DNA from: Octopus sinensis
Lineage: Eukaryota
Direction of reading: 5' to 3'
DNA length: 64,000 nucleotides
Assembly (NCBI RefSeq): GCF_006345805.1
Contig: NC_043001.1
Coordinates: 11,904,001-11,968,000 of the forward strand
The position numbers and the translations under genes were made by a program. The notes under the pieces were generated by a model. The model did not search any database. It saw nothing but the letters and a program-made list of their open reading frames with translations, and had not been told where the DNA came from. Shown here in pieces: positions 13,521 to 24,604 of the stretch; the stretch's first letter is position 1, and every line of letters starts with the position of its first letter.

Positions 13521-13664
13521 AATACCAAACTCATTCCCTATGGATACCGTATTTATTACAACGAATGGCTTGTAAACGTATCTAACTCGCTTTCGCTCGT
13601 TAGATACGTTTACAAGCCACTCGTTGTAATAAATACGGTATCCATAGGGAATGAGTTTGGTATT
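13521..13664. repeat. near-perfect 66 bp-arm inverted repeat (foldback/MITE-like)
   Basis: Arms 13521-13586 and 13599-13664, one mismatch, 12 nt loop. Confidence 0.95.
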
Positions 13665-13760
13665 TTATTTATTACACACGAATAAACGACCATATTTTAC
13701 TAACCCAATAACTAAATTCTTCACGTTTAGTTGTAACTTATGAATGACAAAAGTAGTGCC

Positions 13761-13864
13761 GTCACCGTGACCTCGGGCCATCACCATGGATTGACCAATC
13801 AGAAGCAGCGCTGTCACCGTGACCTCGGGTCATCACCATGGATTGACCAATCAAAAGCAGCGCT
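13761..13864. repeat. 2 x 52 bp tandem repeat containing CCAAT
   Basis: gtcaccgtgacctcggg(c/t)catcaccatggattgaccaatca(g/a)aagcagcgct twice. Confidence 0.95.
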
Positions 13865-14457
13865 CGCAGTATCTGACATATGTTAGATACCAAAAATATC
13901 TCAAAGTGTTCTCACTGACATGTGTGTAATAAACCGTATTCTACTCTTCTTACATATTTGTTTTCATCACCCACATCCGGGTTGTTCGCTGCGGCTCTAT
14001 TTACTGGTCTCTACTCATAAACGATGTGCTTAACATTGGTTTCAGAATTTGAATGTGGAGATAGAAATTCACACATTATTTCTTGCTAGTCGGGATACTT
14101 AAAGCTCCAAGTTACAATTTTGTATCGATTTGTATTTTCCGGAATATTCTCCTGATGAGAAAAATATAACTGGTGTATTGTTTTTATACGTTACTTCACG
14201 AAACGGTATGTGATATAGTACAACAGGGTTCTAAATTCGAAACTGCAATCGAGAATTAACCAAAAGTTTGTTTTTAAAAATTGTAGATAGTGTTGCTGTG
14301 AAGGGGAAAATATGAGTGGTTATTTTGGTTTTATGGCAGTTTCGACCTGCAATTTCCTAGCATGTGAGGATCTTTAAAACTCTCTCCGTTGTAATTATGT
14401 GATTTCATCATAATTATAAACACTCTCTCTTTATATATATATATATATAATTAATAT

Positions 14458-14507
<50 letters not shown>

Positions 14508-14561
14508 GTGTGTGTGTGTGTGTGGTGTGTGAGTGTGAAGCGAAATATATTATATATATAT

Positions 14562-14690
14562 CTGTGGAAGATCGTAGGTTTGAAACGTTAAAGAATTTTT
14601 CACTTCCCGAGCGTTATATTAATATATTTCTTTGCTCTCTACACCACTTGTCTTCGTCTTTGTTTTTGTGAATTCTCCCCCTATCTATCT
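14562..14690 (+). mobile_element. family H2 short element with decayed HHR motif
   Basis: ctgtggaagatcgtaggtttgaaacgttaaag; inverted relative to 14920-15130. Confidence 0.65.
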
Positions 14691-14799
14691 GTTTATCTAC
14701 CTAGCTAGCTAGATAACTACCTCTCTATATAAATATATATATATATATATAATATATAATATATATATATATATTATATATAGAGCGAGATAGTTAGAT

Positions 14800-14839
<40 letters not shown>

Positions 14840-14840
14840 G

Positions 14841-14919
<79 letters not shown>

Positions 14920-14921
<2 letters not shown>

Positions 14922-15130
14922 GTCGAGAATTCACAAAAACGAAAGATGGAGACAGGTGTAGAGACCAAAGAAATGTATTAGTATAACGCTCGGGAAGTGA
15001 AAAGTCTTTAGCGTTTCGGGCCTACGCTCTTCCACAGAAAGAAACACACAAAGAAATAAGGAGAGAAAATAGAGAATGTGTAGTGGCTAGCGATCTATCA
15101 TGGAAAAGCAGAAAGTACAAAAAAGTTGAG
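14920..15130 (-). mobile_element. family H2 short element, HHR-like motif at 15006-15041
   Basis: Minus strand CUUU-CUGUGGA-A-GAGC-guag-GCCC-GAAA-CGCU-AAAG; abuts (TAGA)n 14790-14920. Confidence 0.65.
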
Positions 15131-15657
15131 AAAGTATAAAAAAGTTACGAAAAGTTCAAAACGATCAAAAGATTCAGACGTTGTGGTGTATTGGAGTGAT
15201 TATTCACCAACAGAGGAGTCCAGTGTAATCCACTGACAGTAGAGGTGCAGTTGAAGTGTAGAAAGTCCAGTGGAGAGGTTCGTGGGTGATGAGAGGAGAC
15301 AGGATCAACTGGTGCGACCACGTGAGCATGTAATATACGGGGATAATTCACAAAAAAACCCGAAAGACTAAGACATAGAGAGATAGACAGATACATACGT
15401 ATATATATGTATATATACATATTCATACGTACATATATATACACATAAGTATACATACACATATGCTTACATATATCAGGAGTGGCTGTGTGGTAAGTAG
15501 CTTGCTTACCAACCACATGGTTCCGGGTTCAGTCCCACTGCGTGGCACCTTGGGCTAGTTTCTTCTACTATAGCCTCGGGCCGACCAAAGTCTTGTGAGT
15601 GGATTTGGTAGACGGAAACTGAAAGAAGCCCGTCGTATATATGTATATTATACATAA

Positions 15658-15974
15658 AACTCCGCCGGTTACGACGACGAGGGTCCCAGCTGATACGATC
15701 AACGGAACAGCTTGCTCGTGAAATTAACGTGCAAATGGCTGAGCATTCCACAGACACGTGTACCCTTAACGTAGTTCTCGGGGGAAATCAGCGTGACACA
15801 GAGAGTGACAAGGCTGACCCTTTGAAACAAGTACAACTCATTTTTTGCCAGCTGAGTGGACTGAGCAACGTGAAATAAAGTGTCTTGCTCAGGGACACAA
15901 CGCGTCGCTGGGAATCGAACTCACAACCTTACGATCATGAGCCGAAATGCCCCTAACCACTAAGCCACGCGCCC
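15658..15974 (-). mobile_element. tRNA-derived SINE with the same 3' domain as family C
   Basis: Head ggcgcgtggcttagtggttaggg...gagttcgattccc; 3' part gagaactacgttaagggtacacgtgtctgtgg as in family C. Confidence 0.85.
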
Positions 15975-15993
15975 TCGTATATATAATATATAT

Positions 15994-16296
15994 AAAGGTT
16001 AAGGTAAGACCCCCTTCGGTCATGAATGACCATGGGATTGCATCTAGAAAGTTACCCTCCTAGACACAAGTCCGGGCAAGGTGTTTATGGAAGACCAGCA
16101 GTCGCCCATGCATACAGGCCTCCCCTCTCCACACCACCAGTGTTATCCAAGGGAAAGACAAAGGTCGATACAGCTTGGGCACCTGTGACGTCGCAACTCA
16201 TTTCTACAGCTGAGTGAACTGGAGCAACGTGAAATAAAGTGTCTTGCTCAAGAACACAACACGCAGCCCGGGCCGGGATTCGAGCTCACAACCTCA
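15994..16296 (-). mobile_element. SINE family D (B-box, ttgagcaagacacttt domain, distinct tail)
   Basis: Shares ttgtgttcttgagcaagacactttatttcacgttgctccagt with the neighbouring SINE; tail ends accttaacc. Confidence 0.7.
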
Positions 16297-17144
16297 CACA
16301 TGTATATGTGTGTGTATATGTGCGTGTGTGTGTTTGTGTGTCTGTGTCTGTCTCCCTAGCATTGCTTGACAACCGATGCTGGTGTGTTTATGTCCGCGTT
16401 ACTTAGCGGTTCGGCAAAAGAGACCGATAGAATAAGTACAGGGCTTACAAAAAAAAAAAAAACGAATAAGTCCCGGGGTCGAGTTGCTCGATTAAAGGCG
16501 GTGCTCCAGCATGGCCACAGTCAAATGACTGAAACAAGTAAAAGAGAGAGTAAAAGAGAGTATACATATATATATATCACATATACGCACATTTATACAT
16601 CTCTGTGTGTGCTTGAATATTATCCCGTGTGCGTATTTGTTCTTGTAAAATGTTGAATGTTGCAAATGCGGCATGCAGTATGTTAAATTTTCAAAAGAAA
16701 TTTGCCACCAGAAACTGCGATACATATTTCAACCCGACAATTTTGTTACTTTACACATGAGAACATTAAGTGATAAAATATATGAAAAACAAAATAATAA
16801 TTTGCTTTTCTTGTTTTCTTTAACATATATTTCTGATCGTTACTATATTATTGAGAAAAGAGTGTGTGAAAAGAGAGAGAGAGAGAGAGAAAGAAAGAAA
16901 GTCACACACATAAAGAGAAAGAAAGTGTCTTCATTCTCTCTCTGACTGGAAAGAAACTGCCTGATTCTATGAAGTGTATTCTCACGAGATTTACACTGCA
17001 GCTGCTGTTGGCGTTTTCTAAATAGAAGTTGCATTTCGGTCGAAGCTGGTTTTTATACTAAAAGTAAAACGTAAAACTATTAACTAAGAAAACGCTTTGC
17101 TTAGTTGCTTAGTTGCACTCACGAAATGCATGAAAGACTGTGGT

Positions 17145-17639
17145 AGTAATGATGATGATGATGATGATGATGATAACGATGGTGGTGGTGGTGGTGGTGG
17201 TGGTGGTGGTGGTGGTGGTGATGATGATGATGATGATAAGGATGATGATTAATAATGATAATAATAATAATAAGAAGAAGAAGAAGAAAATAAGAAGAAG
17301 AAGAAGAAGAAGAAGACGAAGAAGAAGAGGAGAAGGAAGATGGAGTAGAAGAAATTGAGGAAGAAAAAAGGTAGCAGTAGAGGAAGAAGAAGAAGAAAAA
17401 GAAGAAGAAAGAAGAAGAAGAAGAAGAAGAAGAAGAAGAAGAAGAAGAAGAAGAAGCAGAAGGAGGAGAGGAGAGAAGAAGAAGAAGAAGAGGAGAAAGA
17501 GAGAAGAAGAGAAGAAGAAGAAGAAGAAGAAAGAAGAAGAAGAAGACAAGAAGAAGAGAAGAAGAAGCGGAGGAAGAAGGAGAAAAAGAAGAAAGATTAT
17601 GTGTTTGTTGCTGACAGAAGTATATAAAAATTTGTAGTG

Positions 17640-17700
<61 letters not shown>
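17145..17700. repeat. (GAT)(GGT)(AAT)(GAA)n compound microsatellite then (TA)n
   Basis: Directly visible. Confidence 0.98.
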
Positions 17701-17759
17701 TATATGATTGCTTCTTTATGAAAGGCCATCTATTCAATTACTAAATGCTGTCAAGAGAT

Positions 17760-18540
17760 CTCCTATGAGTAGGAAGTTCAGCTTTTGAAAAACAGACGCT
17801 AAAGCAGATGTTACAAATACTTTGAGGCCGGAAAGTGTTTGGGATTGAAGTGAAGACCTGTTTGCGATGTGCTCGTATGGATGGCAGCATTCCGTCGGTT
17901 ACGACGACGAGAATTCCAGTTGATCCGAATCAACGGAACAGCCTGCTCGTGAAATTAACGTGTAAGTGGTTGAGCACTCCACAGACACGTGTACCCTTAA
18001 CGTAGTTCTCGGGGATATACAGCGTGACACAGAGAGTGATAAGGCCGGCCCCTTGAAATACAGGTACAACATAAACAGGAAGTAAGAGTGAGAGACAGTT
18101 GTGGTGAAAGAGTACAGCAGGGATTACCACCATCCCTGCCGGAGCCTCGTGGAGCTTTAGGTGTTTTCGATCAATAAACACTCACAACGCCCGGTCTGGG
18201 AATCGAAACCGTGATCCTATGACCGCGAGTCCGCTGCCCTAACCACTGGGCCATTGCGCCTCTGATGTGCTCGTATAATGACGGTACGTCCGATTGCACG
18301 TTCCACTTGCTTCACAACCATCGTGCAACACTTGTTTCCAAACCAATCTATTCTCCATCATTTGCTCACAGTCACCAATATCCACCTTATGATCCATAAA
18401 GCTTTTTCTGACGACGTCCCTAAAACATTTTTTAAGGTTTCTGTTTCGGATGTTTACCACGTGCAATTCCTTCGAAACAAGTCCGTACGTGTCATCTTCA
18501 ATCGAAGTAAGTGTCCATCCCAACGCATCCCAGCGAGGCA
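17760..18540 (-). mobile_element. RTE-clade LINE 3' fragment interrupted by a SINE
   Basis: YGLVSKELH...LKKCFRDVVRKSFMDHKVDIGDCEQMMENRLVWKQVLHDGC resembles the RTE C-terminus. Confidence 0.6.
17879..18263 (-). mobile_element. SINE family C (~385 bp, tRNA head)
   Basis: 13 bp TSD gatgtgctcgtat at 17866-17878 and 18264-18276. Confidence 0.92.
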
Positions 18541-18559
18541 GTTACGATGGATTACATCG

Positions 18560-18590
<31 letters not shown>

Positions 18591-18726
18591 ATATTATATT
18601 AAATTAGAGATAAAACCACTATTAGGCAAATCATACAATGAAAAACTTAAACCAATACATAAGATTAATTAATTTATATTATTTTAAATATATATCAAAA
18701 TTATTAAAAAAAGATAATGCGTATAA

Positions 18727-18789
18727 CACTACGATCGTTTCATGGCTGTCCAATTCGTAAAAATTCGAGTTACAGTCAATTTTCAGGTG
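18727..18789 (-). ncRNA. type-I HHR with C3-A8 mismatch, in (TA)n-flanked element 18598-18808
   Basis: Minus strand CAC-CUGAAAA-UUGACUG..CAGCCAU-GAAA-CGAUCG-UA-GUG. Confidence 0.5.
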
Positions 18790-19006
18790 ATTGAAATATC
18801 TAAAAAATATATATATATATATATATACTAATATTAAGGGATCAGTAAAAGAAATGCATCACCACATACCGAACTTCAGAAATAGCACCCAAAATCTAAG
18901 CTATTTCTTCTACTTAAAAAAAGGTCTACTAGAGAAACCATAATACTTGAATCTTATTCATCCAGGCAGAGGGTAACGTAACGAAAATCAATCAATATCC
19001 GATTAT

Positions 19007-19092
19007 CCATAGACGCGCGTTTCGGAATCAGGTTTTAAATAAAGAATATCCCAAAATATAAACTCTACTAACCACATTCCTCTTCAGAATGG
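19007..19092 (-). ncRNA. type-I HHR with long stem II insertion, in (TA)n-flanked element 18828-19165
   Basis: Minus strand CCAUU-CUGAAGA-GGAAU..~47 nt..AUUCC-GAAA-CGCGCG-UC-UAUGG. Confidence 0.75.
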
Positions 19093-19167
19093 ATTTTCTG
19101 CAATAATCCAAAGGTACTAAAACAGTAGAATGACTCCTTCAATGTAACGGCCGCTATATATATATTG

Positions 19168-19218
<51 letters not shown>

Positions 19219-19230
19219 CATGTATACGTA

Positions 19231-19590
19231 TATGTGTATAGCTAGATTTTATAGATATGTTTGTGTGTGTACTTAAAACGTTCACGCACACAGGTTATGG
19301 TATAATTCGAAACAAATAAAGAAGGCTCATTTTGATCAGCGATGTAATTCAAGAGTCGATAGTGTTATCTATTATATAATCACGTTATATATATATACAT
19401 ACGTATATATGTGTGTGTGTATGTAATTATTCATATATGTATATAGCCTGATAGTTATAGATATGTTTGTGTGTGAGTGTGCGTAAAGAGTTCACGCACT
19501 CAGGTCATGACATCATTCGAAAGAAATAAAGAAGGCGCATTGTTATCAGCGATGTAATTCAAAATCCGATACTGTGGTCTATTATATAAT

Positions 19591-19595
<5 letters not shown>
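19231..19595. repeat. diverged tandem duplication, period ~210 bp
   Basis: gatatgtttgtgtgtg...ttcacgcac...aaataaagaagg...tcagcgatgtaattcaa...ctattatataatcacgt twice. Confidence 0.85.
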
Positions 19596-19630
<35 letters not shown>

Positions 19631-19734
19631 CAAAATCAAGGAACAGCCATAATAGGCCATTCACCCACTAGAAATAACAGCCAAAGCTTCAACCGCAAAC
19701 CAGGAGAAAATTAAAAAAACATTTACCCTGTAGT

Positions 19735-19837
19735 TCCTTATACGATGCACCGTTTCATCTATTGTTTAATGATAAACTAACCTGATTAAATTAAATCAAG
19801 CTAGTCTTCCATAGGCCGATAGATTCGTCAGTAAAGA
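19735..19837 (-). ncRNA. canonical type-I hammerhead (element U, inverted copy)
   Basis: Reverse complement of the 20156-20258 motif. Confidence 0.85.
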
Positions 19838-20155
19838 ACAGCCAGATCGGAGCAGATATTTACACGAGGCACTTCTATCACTGTCTCGGCAATATCTGAC
19901 CTAAAATTTTCAAATCATCGCACTCGCGCCAAATTTATCGGCAGCAAATATAAGCCGCCGATTCCATTACGGAATTAACCAGAAAATTCATAATTAATCA
20001 ATATAGGGTGGCAAAAAATTTCGTAATGGAATCGGCGGCTTATATTTGCTGCCGATAAATTTGGCGCGAGTGCGATGATTTGAAAATTTTAGGTCAGATA
20101 TTGCCGAGACAGTGATAGAAGTGCTTCGTGTAAATATCTGCTCCGATCTGGCTGT

Positions 20156-20258
20156 TCTTTACTGACGAATCTATCGGCCTATGGAAGACTAGCTTGATTT
20201 AATTTAATCAGGTTAGTTTACCATTAAACAATAGATGAAACGGTGCATCGTATAAGGA
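20156..20258 (+). ncRNA. canonical type-I hammerhead (element U)
   Basis: UCUUUA-CUGACGA-AUCUAU..AUAGAU-GAAA-CGGUGCAUCG-UA-UAAGGA; predicted cleavage after 20252. Confidence 0.88.
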
Positions 20259-20639
20259 ACTACAGGGTAAATGTTTTTTTTAATTTTCTCCTGGTTTGCG
20301 GAATTAATGTTGTTTTGCGGTTGAAGCTTTAGCTGTTATTTCTAGTGGATGAATGGCCTATTATGGCCGTTCCTTGATTTTGCTGTTGAATTTATAAATG
20401 GTCTATGACTATTTAATGTTTTCCCACTAGGCCGCTGGTGGCAAAAAAATTCTACGAAATTTTTTGCCACCCTATATTGATTAATTATGAATTTTCTGGT
20501 TAATTCCGTAATGGAATCGGCGGCTTATATTTGCTGCCGATAATTTGGCGCGAGTGCGATGATTTGAAAATTTTAGGTCAGATATTGCCGAGACAGTGAT
20601 AGAAGTGCCTCGTGTAAATATCTGCTCCGATCTGGCTGT

Positions 20640-20740
20640 TCTTTACTGACGAATCTATCGGCCTATGGAAGACTAGCTTGATTTAATTAATCAGGTAGTT
20701 TACCATTCAACAATAGATGAAACGGTGCATCGTATAAGGA
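20640..20740 (+). ncRNA. canonical type-I hammerhead (element U, second monomer)
   Basis: Same core and stems; predicted cleavage after 20734. Confidence 0.88.
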
Positions 20741-20985
20741 ACTACAGGGTAAATGTCTTTTTAATTTTCTCCTGGTTTGCGGAATTAATGTTGTTTTGCG
20801 GTTGAAGCTTTGGCTGTTATTTCTAGTGGGTGAATGGCCTATTATGGCCGTTCCTTGATTTTGGTGTTGAATTTATAAATGGTCTATGACTATTTAATTT
20901 TTTCCCACTAGGCCGCTGGTGGCAAAAAATTCTACGAAATTTTTTGCCACCCTATATTGATTAATTATATATATATATATATATA

Positions 20986-21028
<43 letters not shown>

Positions 21029-21055
21029 TATATATACTTATATATACTTATATAT

Positions 21056-21086
<31 letters not shown>

Positions 21087-21158
21087 ATATATATATATAT
21101 AAACAGATATGAATGTGTATGTTATTACATACAGTATTATGTATTATATAGACATATA

Positions 21159-21199
<41 letters not shown>

Positions 21200-21300
21200 C
21201 ATATGTACACATGCTCAGTCATGCACATATATATATATATATATTTATATAAGAATACACAGATATATATATATATATATATGTATATATAAGTATATAC

Positions 21301-21337
<37 letters not shown>

Positions 21338-21715
21338 TGTGTGTGTGTGTGGTGTGTGTGTGTGTGGTGTGTGTGTGTGTGTGTGTTTGTGTGTATACGC
21401 AGATATATACATAAATATTTATATATTTATGTATGCGTGTGTGTATGTGTATAGAAAGAAATTTTTTTTCTTATACAATGATACACACGCATCCATATAC
21501 ATTCGCGCACATATACCAACACACAAACTTGTGTAAAAAAAAAATTCTGTTTGTTTGTAATCCCAAACATTTCTAAATAAATAAATCTAAATTCTGTTTA
21601 GCAATCACAACTCCAATAAAAAAGAAAAATATGGTGGGACTGCATTGAAATGCTTATTTCATTTCATGGATTGTGCAGATGTGCATGATAAAAACAGATA
21701 CAGTTTTATAAGAAA

Positions 21716-23094
21716 TATTCCATTATACATAAAGATATGTCGCTATGATAATCATTAACGAAGATAAAGTCTGTAGTGGAAGCTTTTAATCATAGCTTCG
21801 TTTTCTACATTTTGAGTTCATATCTCATTGGTCATAGATTCAATTTCCAATTCCTTTGGTCTTCGGTATAAGTCAAATAGAGTCGGTTGAAATAACTGAA
21901 CGTTTCCACCTCAAAATGCCTGCCACGTATTTATTACAATTTCAACAATTTATATATGATTGAGTTGGAGTAAAATAATCTTACATTTCTCGCAGTCGCT
22001 TATGTTTTCCGAGTTAATGTATCGCAACACAAAATAAATTTGGAATATATATTTTCGTAATGAACAAAGAATATTCGGGGAATTTAGCGGAATACATTCA
22101 GTTGGCTCTAACCCTCAGCTAAAAAGTATATGGCAGTTATCTGGAGCCTTACTCAGTTAACAATGGTTGTCTCTTATTAATAAGATGGATACTGACTTAT
22201 AATGAACTAGCAGTATCGCCCGGCGTTGCTCGGGTTTGTAAGGGAAATAACTATATAAGCATTTTTAGAGAGTTATAGCAAAAATATAGCCAAAAAATGC
22301 ATTAAAAATGGAAAAAAATGATGGTAAAACTTTTCTTTAAATCGTTGACTCATCGTAGACACTTTTAGAGGGTCACTTCCCTTATATTAAAAAAAATATG
22401 CATTGAAATAGAAAAAAAATGATGGTAAATTATTTTTTAAATCGTAGACTCATCGTAGACGCGCGCTAATACCCAGAAGAGCTCGATATGAATCACGATT
22501 ATAAGATACTCGGTTTTGGTTAAACTGCACCGCAAAATGTGGGAGTAGTTAGGAATCTAAATCGGAGTAGACAGACACACAACCTTTCTTTTATATATAA
22601 AGATATTCCATTATACATAAAGATATGTCGCTATGATAAACATTAAGGAAGATAAAGTCTGTAGTGGAAGCTTTCAATCATAGCTTCGTTTTCTACATTT
22701 TGAGTTCATATCTCATTGGTCATAGATTCAATTTCCAATTCCTTTGGTCTTCGGTATAAGTCAAATAGAGTCGGTTGAAATAACTGAACGTTTCCACCTC
22801 AAAATGCCTGCCACGTATTTATTACAATTTCAGCAATTTATATATGATTGAGTTGGAGTAAAATAATCTTACATTTCTCGCAGTCGCTTATGTCTTCCGG
22901 GTTAATGTATCGCAACACAAAATAAATTTGGAATATATATTTTCATAATGAACAATGAATATTCGGGGAATTTAGCGGAATACATTCAGTTGGCTCAAAC
23001 CCTAAGCTAAAATGTATACGGCAGTTATTTGGAGTCTTACTCTGTTCATAATGGCCGTCTGTTATTAATAAGATGGATACTGACTTATAATGAA
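21716..23094. repeat. 491 bp direct duplication (21716-22206, 22604-23094) separated by a Helitron
   Basis: Offset 888 bp; about 20 mismatches by eye. Confidence 0.95.
22207..22603 (-). mobile_element. non-autonomous Helitron
   Basis: Minus strand begins TCTTTATATATAAAAG, ends CCCGAGCAACGCCGGG hairpin then CTAG; inserted between A and T with no TSD. Confidence 0.85.
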
Positions 23095-23496
23095 TATTCC
23101 ATTGAACGTAAGATTATTTCGTAAGATAAACTTTGAGGAAGATAACGTGTCCGTTCTTTTGTATGTGTCGTTGGTTAAACAGTCCGTCCAATGCACAAAG
23201 AATCATCACTCTAACACAAGCCGCACCTATGATGGTCCCCGTATTGTATAAGTTGTAGTGAGCCGTATCCACTTCCGCATAGGTTGTTCAATAGGATGCA
23301 AGCCTAGAAACTGTGGGACGTCATTCCCACACGTCATTGAAAAGTAGTTGCCAGAGCGATATTGTCGACGACGATGGACTGACTCAGAGGCACTGAATTG
23401 GGATTTTTATCCCGGATTGACACCCGAAGCTGTGCCTGTGGCTTCATATAACAGCCAGGCAGGTGTGCTTCGGAGTCCACCTGAGGGGAACATGCA

Positions 23497-24358
23497 GTTT
23501 AATGCTGGAAAAATCCAAACCCTGCGCTACCAGCACACAAAACTGAACGAAAAACGTACAGGGTTCACTGGCCCAATGACGATTGCAATCCCAGAACCTA
23601 AATCAGTGCATGACCTGGTGAGTGATATGAGGGATGGCACCTCTTTCCAAGTGCACATTACCAAGTACACGTTACTAAGATGGCGACAAAGTGCAGACAG
23701 CTGGCTAGCTGGATCTTGAGATACATCAAAATCACAGAGGAGGAAATCATGATGGTTATCTGGAGAATATCCGTCCTCACTGCCCTGGACTACTCCTTCC
23801 AACTATGGTTACCCCACAGTATAATCATAACAGCGCACCATAAAAGCTTCACAAAGACGATCGTCTCATTGCAACAGCTCAGGTACTGGGAAAGGCTGAC
23901 ACAACTAAGTCTCTCACTCCCTGGAGCAAAGGCAGGAGAAATATGCAGTAATATACATCTGGAAGATCCTGGAATGGATGGTACCAGATTTTGACATTGA
24001 AATCTACACAAAGGCCAGAACGGTTCACCACTGCATAATACCAAATATTCTAACAACGCCATCGTGCTTCAGGACCAGTTAGTGCAACAGCCTGGGTTTC
24101 AGGGGCCCATAGCTTCTTAATATTCTCTCAAAAACCCAGAGACCTACACAAAGTGGATGTATGTGTTTTAAAATCAAAACTGATTCTCTAACTGTCGAGA
24201 GTCCTAGATGACCCTACCTCGCGACAGGAGGCGCAAATGGGGATAGAGCAACATCAAACTCCTTTATTCACCAAATGCCACTTATCAGTGGAGGCTCACA
24301 ATAATAGCAGCGTAGCAAAACTATGCCTCAGGATGGGCAAAGCTTGAAGCTGAAACCG
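23497..24358 (+). mobile_element. CR1-clade LINE 3' fragment
   Basis: NMQFNAGK, KCRQLASWILR, LDYSFQLW.PH, YWERLTQL, RQERYAVIYIWKILE, NSLGFRGP motifs with frameshifts. Confidence 0.85.
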
Positions 24359-24391
24359 ATTAGCATATATATATATATTTCCTTCCAGTCA

Positions 24392-24604
24392 TTCAAAATG
24401 TGACCGCGTGTGTACCGTTGGCGATTTTTTCCCGTCTTCCCTTCTCTGGATCTTTCCTTCTCCTATGTCTCCGACGAAGAGCTCTGCTCGAAACGTTAAA
24501 CCCTCCGTCTTTCCTCCTTTCCTGAGCGTCCAATAATACTATAATTGTTCCACGTCCTCGCGTTGTTGTGTTTTTTTTTGTGCTTTCTTGTTTGGATTAA
24601 CTTT
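24392..24604 (+). mobile_element. family H1 element
   Basis: Reverse orientation of 5431-5621; followed by (TA)n. Confidence 0.85.
24467..24501 (+). ncRNA. minimal type-I HHR, U4C variant
   Basis: GUCU-CCGACGA-A-GAGC-ucu-GCUC-GAAA-CG-UU-AAAC. Confidence 0.55.

Larger units (their letters stand above)
15478..16560 (+). mobile_element. tRNA-derived SINE family B split by two nested SINEs
   Basis: 5' half 15478-15640, 3' half 16320-16560; intact copies at 28952, 30242, 54591. Confidence 0.85.
19628..20967 (+). mobile_element. (TA)n-flanked HHR element U: inverted ~396 bp copy plus ~1.95 tandem 484-485 bp monomers
   Basis: Inverted part 19628-20025, direct part 20022-20967; one HHR in the inverted part and two in the direct part. 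Confidence 0.9.

Noticed and set aside
14145-14215. CUGAUGA ... GAAACGGUA
   Set aside because: Stem II is not adjacent to GAAA and stem I does not pair
15145-15340. Possible Penelope C-terminus next to the H2 element
   Set aside because: Only weak resemblance (HFN, PQRLN); needs a profile search
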